Shown: positions 45,223-55,127 of the stretch, in pieces
How positions within the stretch are numbered: the first letter of the stretch is position 1
Layout of the letters: every line of letters begins with the position of its first letter
Source of the DNA: Coraliomargaritaceae bacterium
GTDB taxonomy: Bacteria; Verrucomicrobiota; Verrucomicrobiia; Opitutales; Coraliomargaritaceae
Length of the DNA stretch: 64,000 nucleotides
Direction of reading: 5' to 3'
Assembly: GCA_965656495.1 (NCBI GenBank)
Contig: CBFHKU010000001.1
Coordinates: 352,259 to 416,258, forward strand
Notes under the pieces: generated by a model
What the model was told of the DNA's origin: nothing
The model's database searches: none
The model's input: only the letters and a program-made list of their open reading frames with translations
Translations under genes and position numbers: made by a program

Positions 45223-48210
45223 ATGCAAAATTCTTCTGCAAATCATCGTGAATCCGCTCGTCATTATATCGCTGCCAGTGAAGCAGACCTAACGGAAATG
45301 CTAGCCGCGATTGGGCAGCCTTCCCTCGAGGCGCTCTTTGAACATATTCCGGAAACAGTCCGTTTCTCTGAAGCGCCCGATTTGCCCGCCGAGCTCGACT
45401 ACGATGCCCTCAAGACCGAACTCGCTACAATCGCGGAGCGCAACCGCATCGGTACCAGCTTTCTCGGCGACGGCTTGCAGGATTTGGAGCCGTCTCCCGT
45501 GGTGGGCCCGGTCTGTGACATTCGCAATCTCACCACTGCCTACACGCCCTATCAACCCGAGCTCAGTCAGGGAACCCTCCTCGCGCACTGGATCTATCAA
45601 TGCTCCATGGCGCGTATAACCGGATTTGAGGCGGTCAACGCTTCCCTCTATGACCGATCCACCGCGATTTTCGAGGGCATCTGCGCCTCCATTCGCATGT
45701 CCCGAGGCAAAACCACCGCCCTGATTCCCGAATCTCTCTACCCCGGCGACCTCGAAGTCCTCTTTACCCTCGCCGAGGAAACCGAGACCGAACTCCGCAC
45801 CGTTCCCATTGACCCCGACACCGGAACGATTGACCTGGCCGCCTTGCGTGCCGCCGCCGAGGATTGCGCCGCCGATCTCGCTGCCATCGTCTTTCCTCAA
45901 GTTAACACCTTCGGACTCCTCGAAGACGTCGATGCCCTTACCGACTTCGCCGCGGAACTGGGTGTCAAAAGCGTCGCCGTCATTGATCCCCTTCATCTCT
46001 GCGCCGGTGGACTCAAGGCACCCGCTCATTTCGGTGGCGATGCCTCCGGGGTCGATATCATCGTCGGTGAGGCGCATCACCTCGCTCTCGCCCCCAACTA
46101 CGGCGGCCCCGGTCTCGGTTTATTCGGGGTTCGTTTCTCCGAAAAAGACCGCTCCGGCGTGCGAGCCGCCCCGGGTCGTTTCATCGGTAAAGCGCAGGAT
46201 TGCGCCGGACGCGACTGCCGCGTGGGCGTACTCTCCACCCGTGAGCAACACATCCGCAAAGACAAAGCCACCTCCAACATTTGCTCGAATCAGGCCTTCA
46301 TTGCCACCCTTGTCGGAGCCGCGCTCCTCGAACGCGGGGATGACGGCCTCGGTGAACTCCTGGCAGACATCCGCAAACGCTGTCAAACCGCCGCCGAAAC
46401 CCTTACTGCATTTCCCGGCGTTGAACTCGCCTTTCCCGAAACACCCGCTTTCCACGAGCTCACGCTGCAACTCGACCGCCCGGTCACCGAAGTCCTCGAG
46501 GCCGCCCACGCTGCCGGAATCCTCGCCGGAGCCGATCTCAGCGACCGCCATCCCGGTGAGCGTCAACTCCTCAAGCTCTCCTTTTCCAACCGCGAACAAG
46601 ACCTCGCTGCCCTCGCAAACGTTTTTGAATCGCTCTTTGGCACTCCCGTCCCCGCGCAGGCCGCCGTGCCTCCCGCCATCCCTCAAACGCAACTCCGCAT
46701 CGAAGCACCGGGATTGCCCAGCTTTCCCGCGGAGGAGGTCATTCAATATTATCAGGAACTTGGCGAGCTCAACGTAAGCCCCGACGACGGATGCTATCCC
46801 CTTGGTTCCTGCACCATGAAGTATAACCCGCGCGTCAACGACTGGGCCGCCGGTTTGTCGGGCTTCACCGATTTGCACCCCCAGGCACCCATCGCCGACG
46901 CGCAAGGTTCCCTGTATCTACTGCACGAAATTCAGGAATGGTTTAAAAAAATCACCGGACTCGCCGGCGTCACCACGCAACCCCTTGCCGGGGCGCAGGG
47001 CGAACTCGTCGGCATCAAACTCTTTCAGGCGTACCATCGCGACCGCGGCGAGGAACGGGACGTCATCCTCATCCCGCATTCCGCGCACGGGACCAACTTC
47101 GCCACCGCCACCATGGCGGGTTTCGCCGGTAAACTCGGCAAGATCGTCTACCTCGAGGCCGACCGCGAAGGCCGTGTCCTCAACGAAGATCTCGATCGCC
47201 AACTCGCTGAATACGGCCCCCGCGTTGCCGGGGTTATGATCACCAATCCCAACACCTCCGGCATCTTTGAGACCTCCTTTCACGAAATCGCGGAAAAAGT
47301 CCATGCCGTTGGCGGGCTCGTCTACATGGATGGTGCCAATATGAACGCCATCGCCGGGTGGGTTGATCTCGGTGCGCTCGGGGTCGATGCCGTCCACAAC
47401 AACCTGCACAAAACCTGGACCATTCCCCATGGCGGCGGCGGTCCCGGCGATGCCATCGTGGCGGTGAGCGAACGCCTTCTTCCATACCTGCCCGGTTATC
47501 AAATTGAAAAAGACGGCGGCCAATACCGTCCTGTCAAAGCACCGAAATCAATCGGATCCTTCCACCGCCACTGGGGTAACTTCGCCCACAAGGTGCGTTG
47601 CTACACCTACCTCCTGCGCCTCGGTCGGGAAGGGGTGCGCCGCATGTCGGCGGTCTCGGTGCTCTCGGCCCGCTACCTCCAACACAAGCTCGCTCAGGAT
47701 TTTGCCCTCCTGCCTGAGGGTGCCGATGCCGAACCCCGTATGCACGAATTTATCGTGACTCTTCGCGAGGAGGACTACGCCCAACTCGAATCCGTCGGCC
47801 TGCGACGTGCCGAGAGCGCTCCCCGTATCGGAAAACTCTTTCTCGATTTTGGTTTCCATGCCCCCACCGTGGCTTGGCCCGAGCCCCTCGGGCTCATGAT
47901 CGAACCCACCGAGAGCTACACCCGCGCCGAGCTCGACCGTTTTGCCGAAGCCGTCAAAGCCATCCACCGCATTCTTATGGAGCACCCCCGCGCCCTCCTT
48001 AGCGCCCCGCATTTCACGCCCATTGACCGCGTCGAAGAAGCGGTGGCCAACCGCGCAGTTTGCCTCTCCGAGCACCTCGAAACCTTGCCGGCACTCAACA
48101 CCGCCCGCATCCCCGCCCGCAAACTCGCCACCATGCCCGTCGAGGAAATTTACCGCAAGATCATTGAGGCCGCCGAACGCGCCGAAGAGGCAGCGGGCGT
48201 CGGAGCTTAA
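45223..48210 (+). CDS. gcvP: glycine dehydrogenase (P protein), GcvPA-GcvPB-like halves in one chain
   Basis: TAYTPYQPELSQG, REQHIR..KATSNICSNQ, YPLGSCTMKYNP, NLHKT (PLP Lys), PHGGGGPG, LMIEPTES. Confidence 0.93.
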   Translation: MQNSSANHRESARHYIAASEADLTEMLAAIGQPSLEALFEHIPETVRFSEAPDLPAELDYDALKTELATIAERNRIGTSFLGDGLQDLEPSPVVGPVCDIRNLTTAYTPYQPELSQGTLLAHWIYQCSMARITGFEAVNASLYDRSTAIFEGICASIRMSRGKTTALIPESLYPGDLEVLFTLAEETETELRTVPIDPDTGTIDLAALRAAAEDCAADLAAIVFPQVNTFGLLEDVDALTDFAAELGVKSVAVIDPLHLCAGGLKAPAHFGGDASGVDIIVGEAHHLALAPNYGGPGLGLFGVRFSEKDRSGVRAAPGRFIGKAQDCAGRDCRVGVLSTREQHIRKDKATSNICSNQAFIATLVGAALLERGDDGLGELLADIRKRCQTAAETLTAFPGVELAFPETPAFHELTLQLDRPVTEVLEAAHAAGILAGADLSDRHPGERQLLKLSFSNREQDLAALANVFESLFGTPVPAQAAVPPAIPQTQLRIEAPGLPSFPAEEVIQYYQELGELNVSPDDGCYPLGSCTMKYNPRVNDWAAGLSGFTDLHPQAPIADAQGSLYLLHEIQEWFKKITGLAGVTTQPLAGAQGELVGIKLFQAYHRDRGEERDVILIPHSAHGTNFATATMAGFAGKLGKIVYLEADREGRVLNEDLDRQLAEYGPRVAGVMITNPNTSGIFETSFHEIAEKVHAVGGLVYMDGANMNAIAGWVDLGALGVDAVHNNLHKTWTIPHGGGGPGDAIVAVSERLLPYLPGYQIEKDGGQYRPVKAPKSIGSFHRHWGNFAHKVRCYTYLLRLGREGVRRMSAVSVLSARYLQHKLAQDFALLPEGADAEPRMHEFIVTLREEDYAQLESVGLRRAESAPRIGKLFLDFGFHAPTVAWPEPLGLMIEPTESYTRAELDRFAEAVKAIHRILMEHPRALLSAPHFTPIDRVEEAVANRAVCLSEHLETLPALNTARIPARKLATMPVEEIYRKIIEAAERAEEAAGVGA

Positions 48211-48267
48211 ATCTGCTCCGGGTAGGCTCCGCTCGTTACCAGTTCCACGGTGCGCGCCTGCACGATG
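48202..48267. repeat. 66-bp direct repeat, copy 1 (relic 3' end of the nucleotidyltransferase gene)
   Basis: Identical to 49084-49128 over 45 bp, then 16 of 21 identical to 49129-49149. Confidence 0.95.
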
Positions 48268-48571
48268 CGCTTGAATTAAACCACAGATTGCGCAGATGGG
48301 CGCAGATCATTTCACGGTAAACAATCATCTGCGGAAATCTGCGTCATCTGTGGTTGAGAATAGTCTTCATCAGGGAAGTTGTTCACCACGAAGGCGCGGT
48401 AAATCGTGGAAGCGGCAATCCTGCCGCTTTGCTTGTTGGTTGGAACCACGAATGAGGAGGTAGTTGTTAGTTGAACGTTGTTCGTTGGGATTACTCTTAA
48501 TCTTACTCTTATTCCTAATCTTAATCTTAGGAACATCGACCGTTCAACGAACTACTTTCAACGCCATAGCT

Positions 48572-48696
48572 CTGCCCTAAGGCCAGCTTAGCTGGCGACC
48601 GCTGATAGGCGCTTATTTTCGCTAATCCTTAAAACAAAAATATCAGTGTTTATAAGCGAGGATTAGCGGTTTCCGGCTCTGCCGGATTCAGGGCAG
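48572..48696. mobile_element. 125-bp MITE-like / structured element
   Basis: Terminal inverted repeats CTGCCCT(A/G)A...TCAGGGCAG, internal hairpins; the first 87 bp recur at 7346-7432 with 6 mismatches. Confidence 0.55.
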
Positions 48697-48709
48697 CACG
48701 CTGGATACA

Positions 48710-48929
48710 GTGGAAGCGGCAATCCTACCGCTTTGCCTGTTGTTGGAAAGCGACAAGAGTGTCGCTTCTACTGTATAGGCTGCATCTCGTGGAAGCGGCA
48801 ATCCTACCGCTTTGCCTGTTGTTGGAAAGCGACAAGAGTGTCGCTTCTACTGTATAGGCTGCATCTCGTGGAAGCGGCAATCCTGCCGCTTTGCCTGTTG
48901 TTGGAAAGCGACAAGAATGTCGCTTCTAC
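48710..48929. repeat. REPIN/BIME-like array: three 79-bp units of inverted REP pairs
   Basis: GTGG-AAGCGGC-AATCCT-(A/G)CCGCTT ... AAGCGAC-AAGA(G/A)T-GTCGCTT-CTAC starting at 48710, 48789 and 48868. Confidence 0.9.
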
Positions 48930-49088
48930 GTTTAAATAAGTAACATCGAACTTTGAGGGGATTAAGAGTTCAATGTTCGAAGTTGATTGAGTGTTCAATA
49001 TTGCCAAGGCGTTTGGGTGTGGTGCCTGGTTGCGAGCAGCTACCGTTTCAATCGACTGGAAACAAGTGGCAAGGAATATCCATGGAGC

Positions 49089-49991
49089 TTAAATCTGCTC
49101 CGGGTAGGCTCCGCTCGTTACCAGTTCCGCGATACGTTCCTGCACGATGGGTTTGTCATCGGGGTAGGTCACGCCAAACCATTGCCCGCGCGATTCCAGA
49201 ACCACGCATTTCGTTTGTTCTTCGCGGATGAGCGCATCCACCACACTCGGCAAATAGCATTCCGATTTCGCTTCGTTGCCATGCGCTTTGAGGAAGGACA
49301 CAAAGGCGGCCTCCAAGCTGGCAAAGAAGGCGGGTGTGAAACCCCAGAAATTCATCGAGACCGGCGCCTCCGCTTTTAGGTTTACGGTTTCGCCCGCGAG
49401 ATTGCGACCCTGCAACAATCCGTCTGCGCCCCGCGCAATCATTTCGTGTTCTTCCACCGATTGCAGGCAACCGTCCGCGACTGTGCACAAGCCCCGGTTG
49501 ACGGAACCGTGTTCGGATAAGGTGAGCTCCAGCGGGTAGGCTACCAGCGCGGTTCGCAATTCGGGCTGGGCCGCGCTCGATTCAAAGTAAGCGACCATGC
49601 GAGCATACGCCTCCGCACCATAAAAATCATCGGCATTGATCACGGCGAATGGCCCCTCCACTTCTGCGCGCGCGGCCCGCACCGCGTGTGCGGTTCCCCA
49701 GGGCTTCTCGCGACCTGCCGGGACCGCATACCCCTCCGGTAAATCTGCCAAGTCCTGGTAAGCGTAGGCGACCTCCATACGATCCTCGAATTTCGACCCC
49801 ACCGCTTCTTTGAAAACCGCCGCAAAATCCTCCCGTATCACGAACACCACCTTTTTGAAGCCCGCCCGCAGCGCGTCGTACACCGAATAATCCAGCACCG
49901 TTGCGCCCTGTGGCCCCATCGGATCCAATTGCTTTAAGCCTCCGTAACGGCTGCCCATGCCCGCTGCTAAAACTACGAGTGTATATTCCAT
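49089..49991 (-). CDS. sugar-phosphate nucleotidyltransferase family protein
   Basis: LAAGMGSRYGGLKQ, KPWGTAHA, INADDFYG, SMNFWGF, WFGVTY. Confidence 0.9.
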   Translation of the reverse strand: MEYTLVVLAAGMGSRYGGLKQLDPMGPQGATVLDYSVYDALRAGFKKVVFVIREDFAAVFKEAVGSKFEDRMEVAYAYQDLADLPEGYAVPAGREKPWGTAHAVRAARAEVEGPFAVINADDFYGAEAYARMVAYFESSAAQPELRTALVAYPLELTLSEHGSVNRGLCTVADGCLQSVEEHEMIARGADGLLQGRNLAGETVNLKAEAPVSMNFWGFTPAFFASLEAAFVSFLKAHGNEAKSECYLPSVVDALIREEQTKCVVLESRGQWFGVTYPDDKPIVQERIAELVTSGAYPEQI

Positions 49992-50160
49992 GGGGTTCCT
50001 TATGCTCGACCACCTCTTTGAGGCAAGTTTGGAGGTTTATTTCTTTTAAAAAAACGAATGAGCGAGCATTGAAAAAGACGCTGTGAAAAATTTATAAAAT
50101 AAACAATAAATAATTATAAGATGGACAATATAATTATAATGTAAATATTAAGAGGCCTGT

Positions 50161-50391
50161 ATGGATGCTTGGATTATATACATCGCAATTGGAATCCTGC
50201 TGGTCTTCGGGTTTCTACTGCTCTTGTTTCTTATAATTTCCAACTGTTATTTGGATGAGATGCGTTTGGATTGGGAATCGCGGCGCGAGCAGAAACATGA
50301 TCAGCAGATGGCCCAAGAAAAACTTAAGCGTAAAAAGCGTCGTTCCCGATCAATTTTCAGGCAGCGAAAATCCCGATCGCACCGCAGATAG
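50161..50391 (+). CDS. small single-pass membrane protein with basic tail
   Basis: AGAGG RBS upstream; hydrophobic N terminus; Arg/Lys-rich C terminus. Confidence 0.55.
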   Translation: MDAWIIYIAIGILLVFGFLLLLFLIISNCYLDEMRLDWESRREQKHDQQMAQEKLKRKKRRSRSIFRQRKSRSHRR

Positions 50392-50403
50392 CACAAGGCA
50401 TTG

Positions 50404-51183
50404 CTACTCGGATTGCGACGGGATTTCCCGGCGGGCGACTTTCTTGAGGTAGGATTGCACGGAGCTTGCCTGCGAGGTACGCGCTTCTCCAAGGCGTGCG
50501 GCATGTCGAAATTGCTTTTCGCTGAGCCCGACCAAATCGTGCCAGACCTGAACTTGTCCATCGGTGTCAGGCCCCGCACCGATGCCAATCACCGGAAAGC
50601 GCGTTTGCTCCGCAACTTGCTTGGCGAGTTCACCCGGAACCAATTCAAGGATGAGTCCCGCCGCACCGGCTGCTTCAAGTTCGCGGGCCTCTTGCAGGAG
50701 GCTCGCGGCGGCCTCGGAGTCGTTCGCAGCGCGGGTCGGTTTGGCATGGTATTGCGGGAGGTAACCGAGGTGCGTCCAGACCTCAAAACCGTCTGCGCTC
50801 AGTTCACGCACCGCGTTGGGGTGGAAGCCTTCAAATTTGATTCCGTTGGCTCCATCGGCGGCAAATTGGCTGGCGGCGGAGCGCATCGCGGCGGTGCTTT
50901 GACAGGCACAGTAGGGAAGGTCTACCAGTAGGTAAGCATGCTGAATGCCGCGGTTGACGGCTTGCACCAGTACTCGCAGTTCATCCACCGTCAGGTTGTT
51001 TTGATGGCTGTGCCCGAGGACATTGGTGGCGGCGGAGTCGCCCACAAAGATGATGTCGAGGCCCGCAGCGTCCTGAATGCAGGCGCTGGGGTAATCGTAG
51101 CAAGTCAGCGCAGAAATAGGTTTACCGGCCGTTTTGAGGGCGACGAGATCCGAAAGGCTTTTGCGGGCGCGAGTTGAATCCAT
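50404..51183 (-). CDS. panB: 3-methyl-2-oxobutanoate hydroxymethyltransferase
   Basis: TCYDY, VGDS, DLPY, KFEG, HLG..PQ, LELVP, IGIGAG..DGQV.V.HD. Confidence 0.9.
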   Translation of the reverse strand: MDSTRARKSLSDLVALKTAGKPISALTCYDYPSACIQDAAGLDIIFVGDSAATNVLGHSHQNNLTVDELRVLVQAVNRGIQHAYLLVDLPYCACQSTAAMRSAASQFAADGANGIKFEGFHPNAVRELSADGFEVWTHLGYLPQYHAKPTRAANDSEAAASLLQEARELEAAGAAGLILELVPGELAKQVAEQTRFPVIGIGAGPDTDGQVQVWHDLVGLSEKQFRHAARLGEARTSQASSVQSYLKKVARREIPSQSE

Positions 51184-51220
51184 AAGTAGATGTTAAAAGG
51201 ATTCTCGTGCTCGGGTCAAA

Positions 51221-52552
51221 TCAGGCTTCGCTGGTCGCGGGCGGCGGGAGTCGCAGGGCGAGAAGGAGCGGTAGGATAATGAGCATCCCACCCAGAAAGT
51301 AGGCGCATTGCGATCCGTATTTAAAATAAAGGGCGGCGGCGAGAAGGGGCCCGATCGCTCGGGCAAGGGATCCGGCAGAGCGGAAGAAACCGATGGCACG
51401 ACCCTGATCACTCTCCGGGGCATAGAGTGAAATAAGGGCGCTCAAGCTCGGAGAGACGAGCCCGATGGAGAATGCCATCACCGCGAGGGCCGCGAAGAAA
51501 AGGGTGAGCCCCGGCGCATTGGCGAGCGCCACAAAGGCGAGCACCCCGCTGGCGAGTCCGCTCAATGCGAGGGATTTTTCACGGACTTTTCCGGAGAGGC
51601 GGCGCACGAGGCCGCCCTGCACAAGGATCATAATGAAGCCGACGAAGACAAAGATGCCGCCGTTTTGAAGCGGGGAAAAGGCGAAGCGCTCGACCGCGAG
51701 GAAGGTGAGGGTGAATTCCATTCCGCTGAAGGCGAGCATGAAGAGGAGATAGACAAGGCTGGTGGTGCGCGCACCGCTGCCGGGGTTTGGGAGGTGCATG
51801 AAGCTCGGTGGATGGGCTTGTCGTTTTTCGGGTGGGAGGGTCTCGGGAAAGGAGCGGGCCACCCAAAAGAGATTGAGGATCGAAAGGGCGCATGCCACCA
51901 GAGCCGGGGTCGAGAAGGGGTTGAGGCCAAACGCCGTCAGGGATGGGAAGAGCTCCGTGAGGTCAACCGCCACGCAGAATCCCCCGATGGCGGGACCGAC
52001 GATGAAGCCGAGCCCAAAGGCGACGCCCACCACTGCCATTCCGGCGGCGCGTTTTTCCTTCGAGGTGATGTCGGCGACTGCCGCAGTGGCAACGGAAAGG
52101 TTGCCCCCCATGATTCCGCCGAGAACTCGCGCGAGAACCAGAAGCCAAAAGTTTGCGGCGAGCGCCCAGGCACCGTAGCTGAGAGCGAGGCCTGCAATTG
52201 TAATGAGGAGGACGCGGCGTCGGCCCACCCGGTCAGAGTAGGCGCCCCAAATCGGGGCAAAGATAAATTGCAGGATGGAGTAGAGGGAACCCAGTGCGCC
52301 CCCAAAGAGGACTGCGGTGAGAAAGCGGGGGTCGGCTGCGCCGCTGGCCTCTGCCCAGGCCGCGAGGGGTGCGATGCACGCTCCCAAGAGGCTATCCGCG
52401 CCACCGCCCTGCGGGAGGTAGTAGTCCAGCATTGCCGGGAAGAGCGGAAAGATGATGGAGAACCCGACCAGATCAAGGAAGAGCGTCAGGAAGACAAGTT
52501 GCAGGGTCCGCGCGCCAGTGACCGCGGAGGGATTGGATTCTGAAGCGTCCAT
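51221..52552 (-). CDS. MFS transporter (TetA/DHA1-like)
   Basis: Motif [23 protein letters not shown], 12-TM pattern; TAATG overlap with coaD. Confidence 0.9.
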   Translation of the reverse strand: MDASESNPSAVTGARTLQLVFLTLFLDLVGFSIIFPLFPAMLDYYLPQGGGADSLLGACIAPLAAWAEASGAADPRFLTAVLFGGALGSLYSILQFIFAPIWGAYSDRVGRRRVLLITIAGLALSYGAWALAANFWLLVLARVLGGIMGGNLSVATAAVADITSKEKRAAGMAVVGVAFGLGFIVGPAIGGFCVAVDLTELFPSLTAFGLNPFSTPALVACALSILNLFWVARSFPETLPPEKRQAHPPSFMHLPNPGSGARTTSLVYLLFMLAFSGMEFTLTFLAVERFAFSPLQNGGIFVFVGFIMILVQGGLVRRLSGKVREKSLALSGLASGVLAFVALANAPGLTLFFAALAVMAFSIGLVSPSLSALISLYAPESDQGRAIGFFRSAGSLARAIGPLLAAALYFKYGSQCAYFLGGMLIILPLLLALRLPPPATSEA

Positions 52553-53037
52553 TATTTACTGTGCCCGTATTTGCGTGAAAGGGCGGCGTGGACGTTGGCG
52601 GGGATAAGGTGCCGCTCGCGGTCGGTGAATTGAAAAACGTTTTTGATAAGGTGGGAACTGGTAAAGAAATAATCCTCATTGGGCATGAGAAAGATCGTTT
52701 CGATTTTCTCGTCGAGGTGACGGTTCATCTGCGCCATCTGGAATTCATATTCAAAGTCAGAGACCGCCCGCAGGCCCCGTATGAGGGCCACCGCATTGAG
52801 CTTCTCGGCGAGATCCACGATCAGGCCATCAAAGGCCATCACTTCAACCGCCTCGTCATCAGAAAGATTTTCACGGATGAGCTGGAGGCGTTCGTCCTCG
52901 GTAAAGGTGGGCTCTTTGCTGGCATTGCGGGCAATCGCCACGATGACTTTATCAAAGATGCGCCCCGCGCGACGAATCACATCGAGATGCCCGTTGGTGA
53001 CGGGGTCGAAGGTGCCTGGGTAAATAGCGGTTCTCAT
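52552..53037 (-). CDS. coaD: phosphopantetheine adenylyltransferase
   Basis: [26 protein letters not shown]. Confidence 0.97.
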   Translation of the reverse strand: MRTAIYPGTFDPVTNGHLDVIRRAGRIFDKVIVAIARNASKEPTFTEDERLQLIRENLSDDEAVEVMAFDGLIVDLAEKLNAVALIRGLRAVSDFEYEFQMAQMNRHLDEKIETIFLMPNEDYFFTSSHLIKNVFQFTDRERHLIPANVHAALSRKYGHSK

Positions 53038-53139
53038 GAATTATAGAGATTGAGTCTAAAGTAGCGCTTTTGTCGAATGAATAGTCGAAGTCCCGCTGGT
53101 ATGTGGTGGAAAGGTGTGAAGCCGGGCTTGGGCTGCTGT

Positions 53140-53435
53140 TTTTAGACTACGGATAGCACGAACTAAACGGATGACATGAATGAAGCTCCTCTCCTTGGTG
53201 AGGAGGGGTGGCTGGCTTGAACAGTCGGGTGGTCTAACTTCCAACTTCTAACTCCTGACTTCTAAGAACGGGGTTTCCGGCGATGCTGGGAGGTAAAGCG
53301 ACAGGAACGATATGGCATGGGGATGAAAAGCGACAGGATTGTCGCTTCTACGATATGACATCGGGTGGGTTTATTCATGAGCATGGGTGTTTGTTCGTAG
53401 TTTTCTTACTCTCATTCGTTTGATCCGCGTGACTG
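53140..53435. repeat. composite intergenic repeat island C
   Basis: Lone CTAACTT-type heptamer arm (53233-53265), REP 53328-53351 plus a truncated REP at 53296, degenerate ACG(G/A)A 9-mer arms. Confidence 0.65.
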
Positions 53436-53542
53436 GTAGTTTCTTTTTCTTTGCGATTCTGACTTGCTTCGACGCGGTATGAAAAGCTGGGTTAATGATT
53501 TTGTGCTAGCCCTCTGGGAGGGGGCGCGACAACTTAGAGTTT

Positions 53543-54124
53543 GTGAATCTTCCGAATATCCTGACCTTTTCGCGGGTCCCACTCGTCTTTGTGATTGTGG
53601 GGCTCTTATACCTGCCTGTTACGGGTGCGGCAACCTTGGCATGGATTTGTTTTGTATTGGGTGGCCTGACCGATTGGTTGGATGGTTATTTGGCACGCAA
53701 GCAGGGGGTCGTCTCGGATTTTGGGAAATTGATGGATGCCTTGACGGATAAGATTTTCATCTTGGGTCTGCTGATCAGCTTGTTGGTGATGGATATGATA
53801 CCGGTAAGCTGGGGCTTGCCCTGTCTGTTATTGATTTTGAGCCGGGAGTTTTTAATTACGGGTTTGCGCTTGGTGGCGGCGAATGCGGGGGTCGTCCTCG
53901 CGGCTGAACAATCGGGCAAGTTGAAGACGGTGTCACAGATTCTAGCGGTGGGCCTTCTTTTAATCAGCAAGGCTTTCGAGTTGGATTTCGGGTTGCTCTC
54001 GCTCGCTTGCGCGGCGGGGAAGCTTGGATTGGCCTGCTTTGCGCTGGCTACGGTTTTGACCGTTTATTCCGGGGCGTCCTATCTGCGGACACACTGGGGA
54101 CTTTTTACGGGGCAAATTAAATGA
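53543..54124 (+). CDS. pgsA: CDP-diacylglycerol--glycerol-3-phosphate 3-phosphatidyltransferase
   Basis: [21 protein letters not shown]....[29 protein letters not shown] start. Confidence 0.95.
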   Translation: MNLPNILTFSRVPLVFVIVGLLYLPVTGAATLAWICFVLGGLTDWLDGYLARKQGVVSDFGKLMDALTDKIFILGLLISLLVMDMIPVSWGLPCLLLILSREFLITGLRLVAANAGVVLAAEQSGKLKTVSQILAVGLLLISKAFELDFGLLSLACAAGKLGLACFALATVLTVYSGASYLRTHWGLFTGQIK

Positions 54125-54636
54125 GGCGCGGTTTACGGCAGAGTTTTTTTTGGACAAACTTTATTCCGGCTGAATGGGTCATCGGTTTGGCGACTCTGGG
54201 GCCGGTGGGGCGCATCCGTCATGCGCCGGGGACTTGGGGCAGTGTTGCCGGGCTCGCGCTCTATGCGGTCCTCTTTCATCATCTTGATTTCTTGGGTTTC
54301 ATCTTTTTTGCGGCTTTTTTAAGCTACGGGGCGATGGCGATTTGCGATGCGGCGGAGCGTCGTTTGCAGATGCGCGATCCGGGCATGATTGTATTGGATG
54401 AATTCGTGGCGGTGCCGCTGGTGTTTTTCGGATTGAGTGGGGTGGTGGTGAGCCTGGGTGGCTGGCCGGTCTTGTTGGCGGGCTTTGCGCTGTTTCGTTT
54501 CTTTGATGTGCTCAAACCTTTCGGGATTGCACGACTCCAGAATTTACCGGGCGGAATTGGCTGTGTGGCGGACGACCTCGCGGCGGGTGCGGCGAGTTGC
54601 CTGTGCCTGCATGTCGCGCTGCGTTTTCTGGTCTAA
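54121..54636 (+). CDS. pgpA: phosphatidylglycerophosphatase A
   Basis: [33 protein letters not shown]. Confidence 0.93.
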   Translation: MRRGLRQSFFWTNFIPAEWVIGLATLGPVGRIRHAPGTWGSVAGLALYAVLFHHLDFLGFIFFAAFLSYGAMAICDAAERRLQMRDPGMIVLDEFVAVPLVFFGLSGVVVSLGGWPVLLAGFALFRFFDVLKPFGIARLQNLPGGIGCVADDLAAGAASCLCLHVALRFLV

Positions 54637-55118
54637 GACGGGTATTCTTTTTTTAGGAACTCGAGAATCGAAGGGATCGCCTCGGCCATGGAATCGAGGC
54701 AGGCACGATAGGCTTCAAGATTTTGTCCGTAGGGATCCGGGATTTCGCTGTCAAATTCTTCGCCGAGGAATTCACGGAAAAGGTGGGCGTGGGCAGGCTT
54801 TGTTTCAGGGAAGGCTTCAAGGGCAAGTAAATGGGATTCAGTCATTCCCAGGACAAGAAAGGCTTTTTCAAGGATGGCGTTACTGAGCGGCTGGCTGGCG
54901 TGTTGCTTCATTTCGATACCGGTTTTAGCAAGGGCCTGCACGGCGTTGGGAGAGGCGGGGTCACCATGCCATGCCGCTACTCCGGCAGAGAGCACTTTGA
55001 TTTCATTGAGCGGCGCGTCTTCCGCTGCGAGGGCATTTTGTAAGAGGCGCTCGCCCATCGGGCTCCGGCATATATTTCCGGTGCAGAGAACGATGATACT
55101 GTCGCGCTTGGTTGCCAT
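54633..55118 (-). CDS. low molecular weight protein phosphatase
   Basis: CTGNICRS P-loop, SAG, IPDPYG. Confidence 0.93.
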   Translation of the reverse strand: MATKRDSIIVLCTGNICRSPMGERLLQNALAAEDAPLNEIKVLSAGVAAWHGDPASPNAVQALAKTGIEMKQHASQPLSNAILEKAFLVLGMTESHLLALEAFPETKPAHAHLFREFLGEEFDSEIPDPYGQNLEAYRACLDSMAEAIPSILEFLKKEYPS

Positions 55119-55127
55119 GGTATGAAA

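Larger units (their letters stand above)
48279..49000. repeat. composite intergenic repeat island B
   Basis: CGCAGAT 9-mer inverted arms (48279-48355), REP (48406-48430), hexamer array (48491-48529), 125-bp element (48572-48696), 3 x 79-bp REP doublets (48710-48929), TCGAAC-type heptamers. Confidence 0.85.

Noticed and set aside
48710..48929. Regularly spaced palindromic repeats resembling a CRISPR array
   Set aside because: The intervening sequences are identical, repeats alternate in orientation with GTRG feet, and no cas genes are present; this is REP/BIME architecture.
48312..49231. Short ORFs in repeat island B as possible cargo genes
   Set aside because: They are translations of REP and simple repeats or antisense to the nucleotidyltransferase gene; the same holds for ORFs in 57819-58602.
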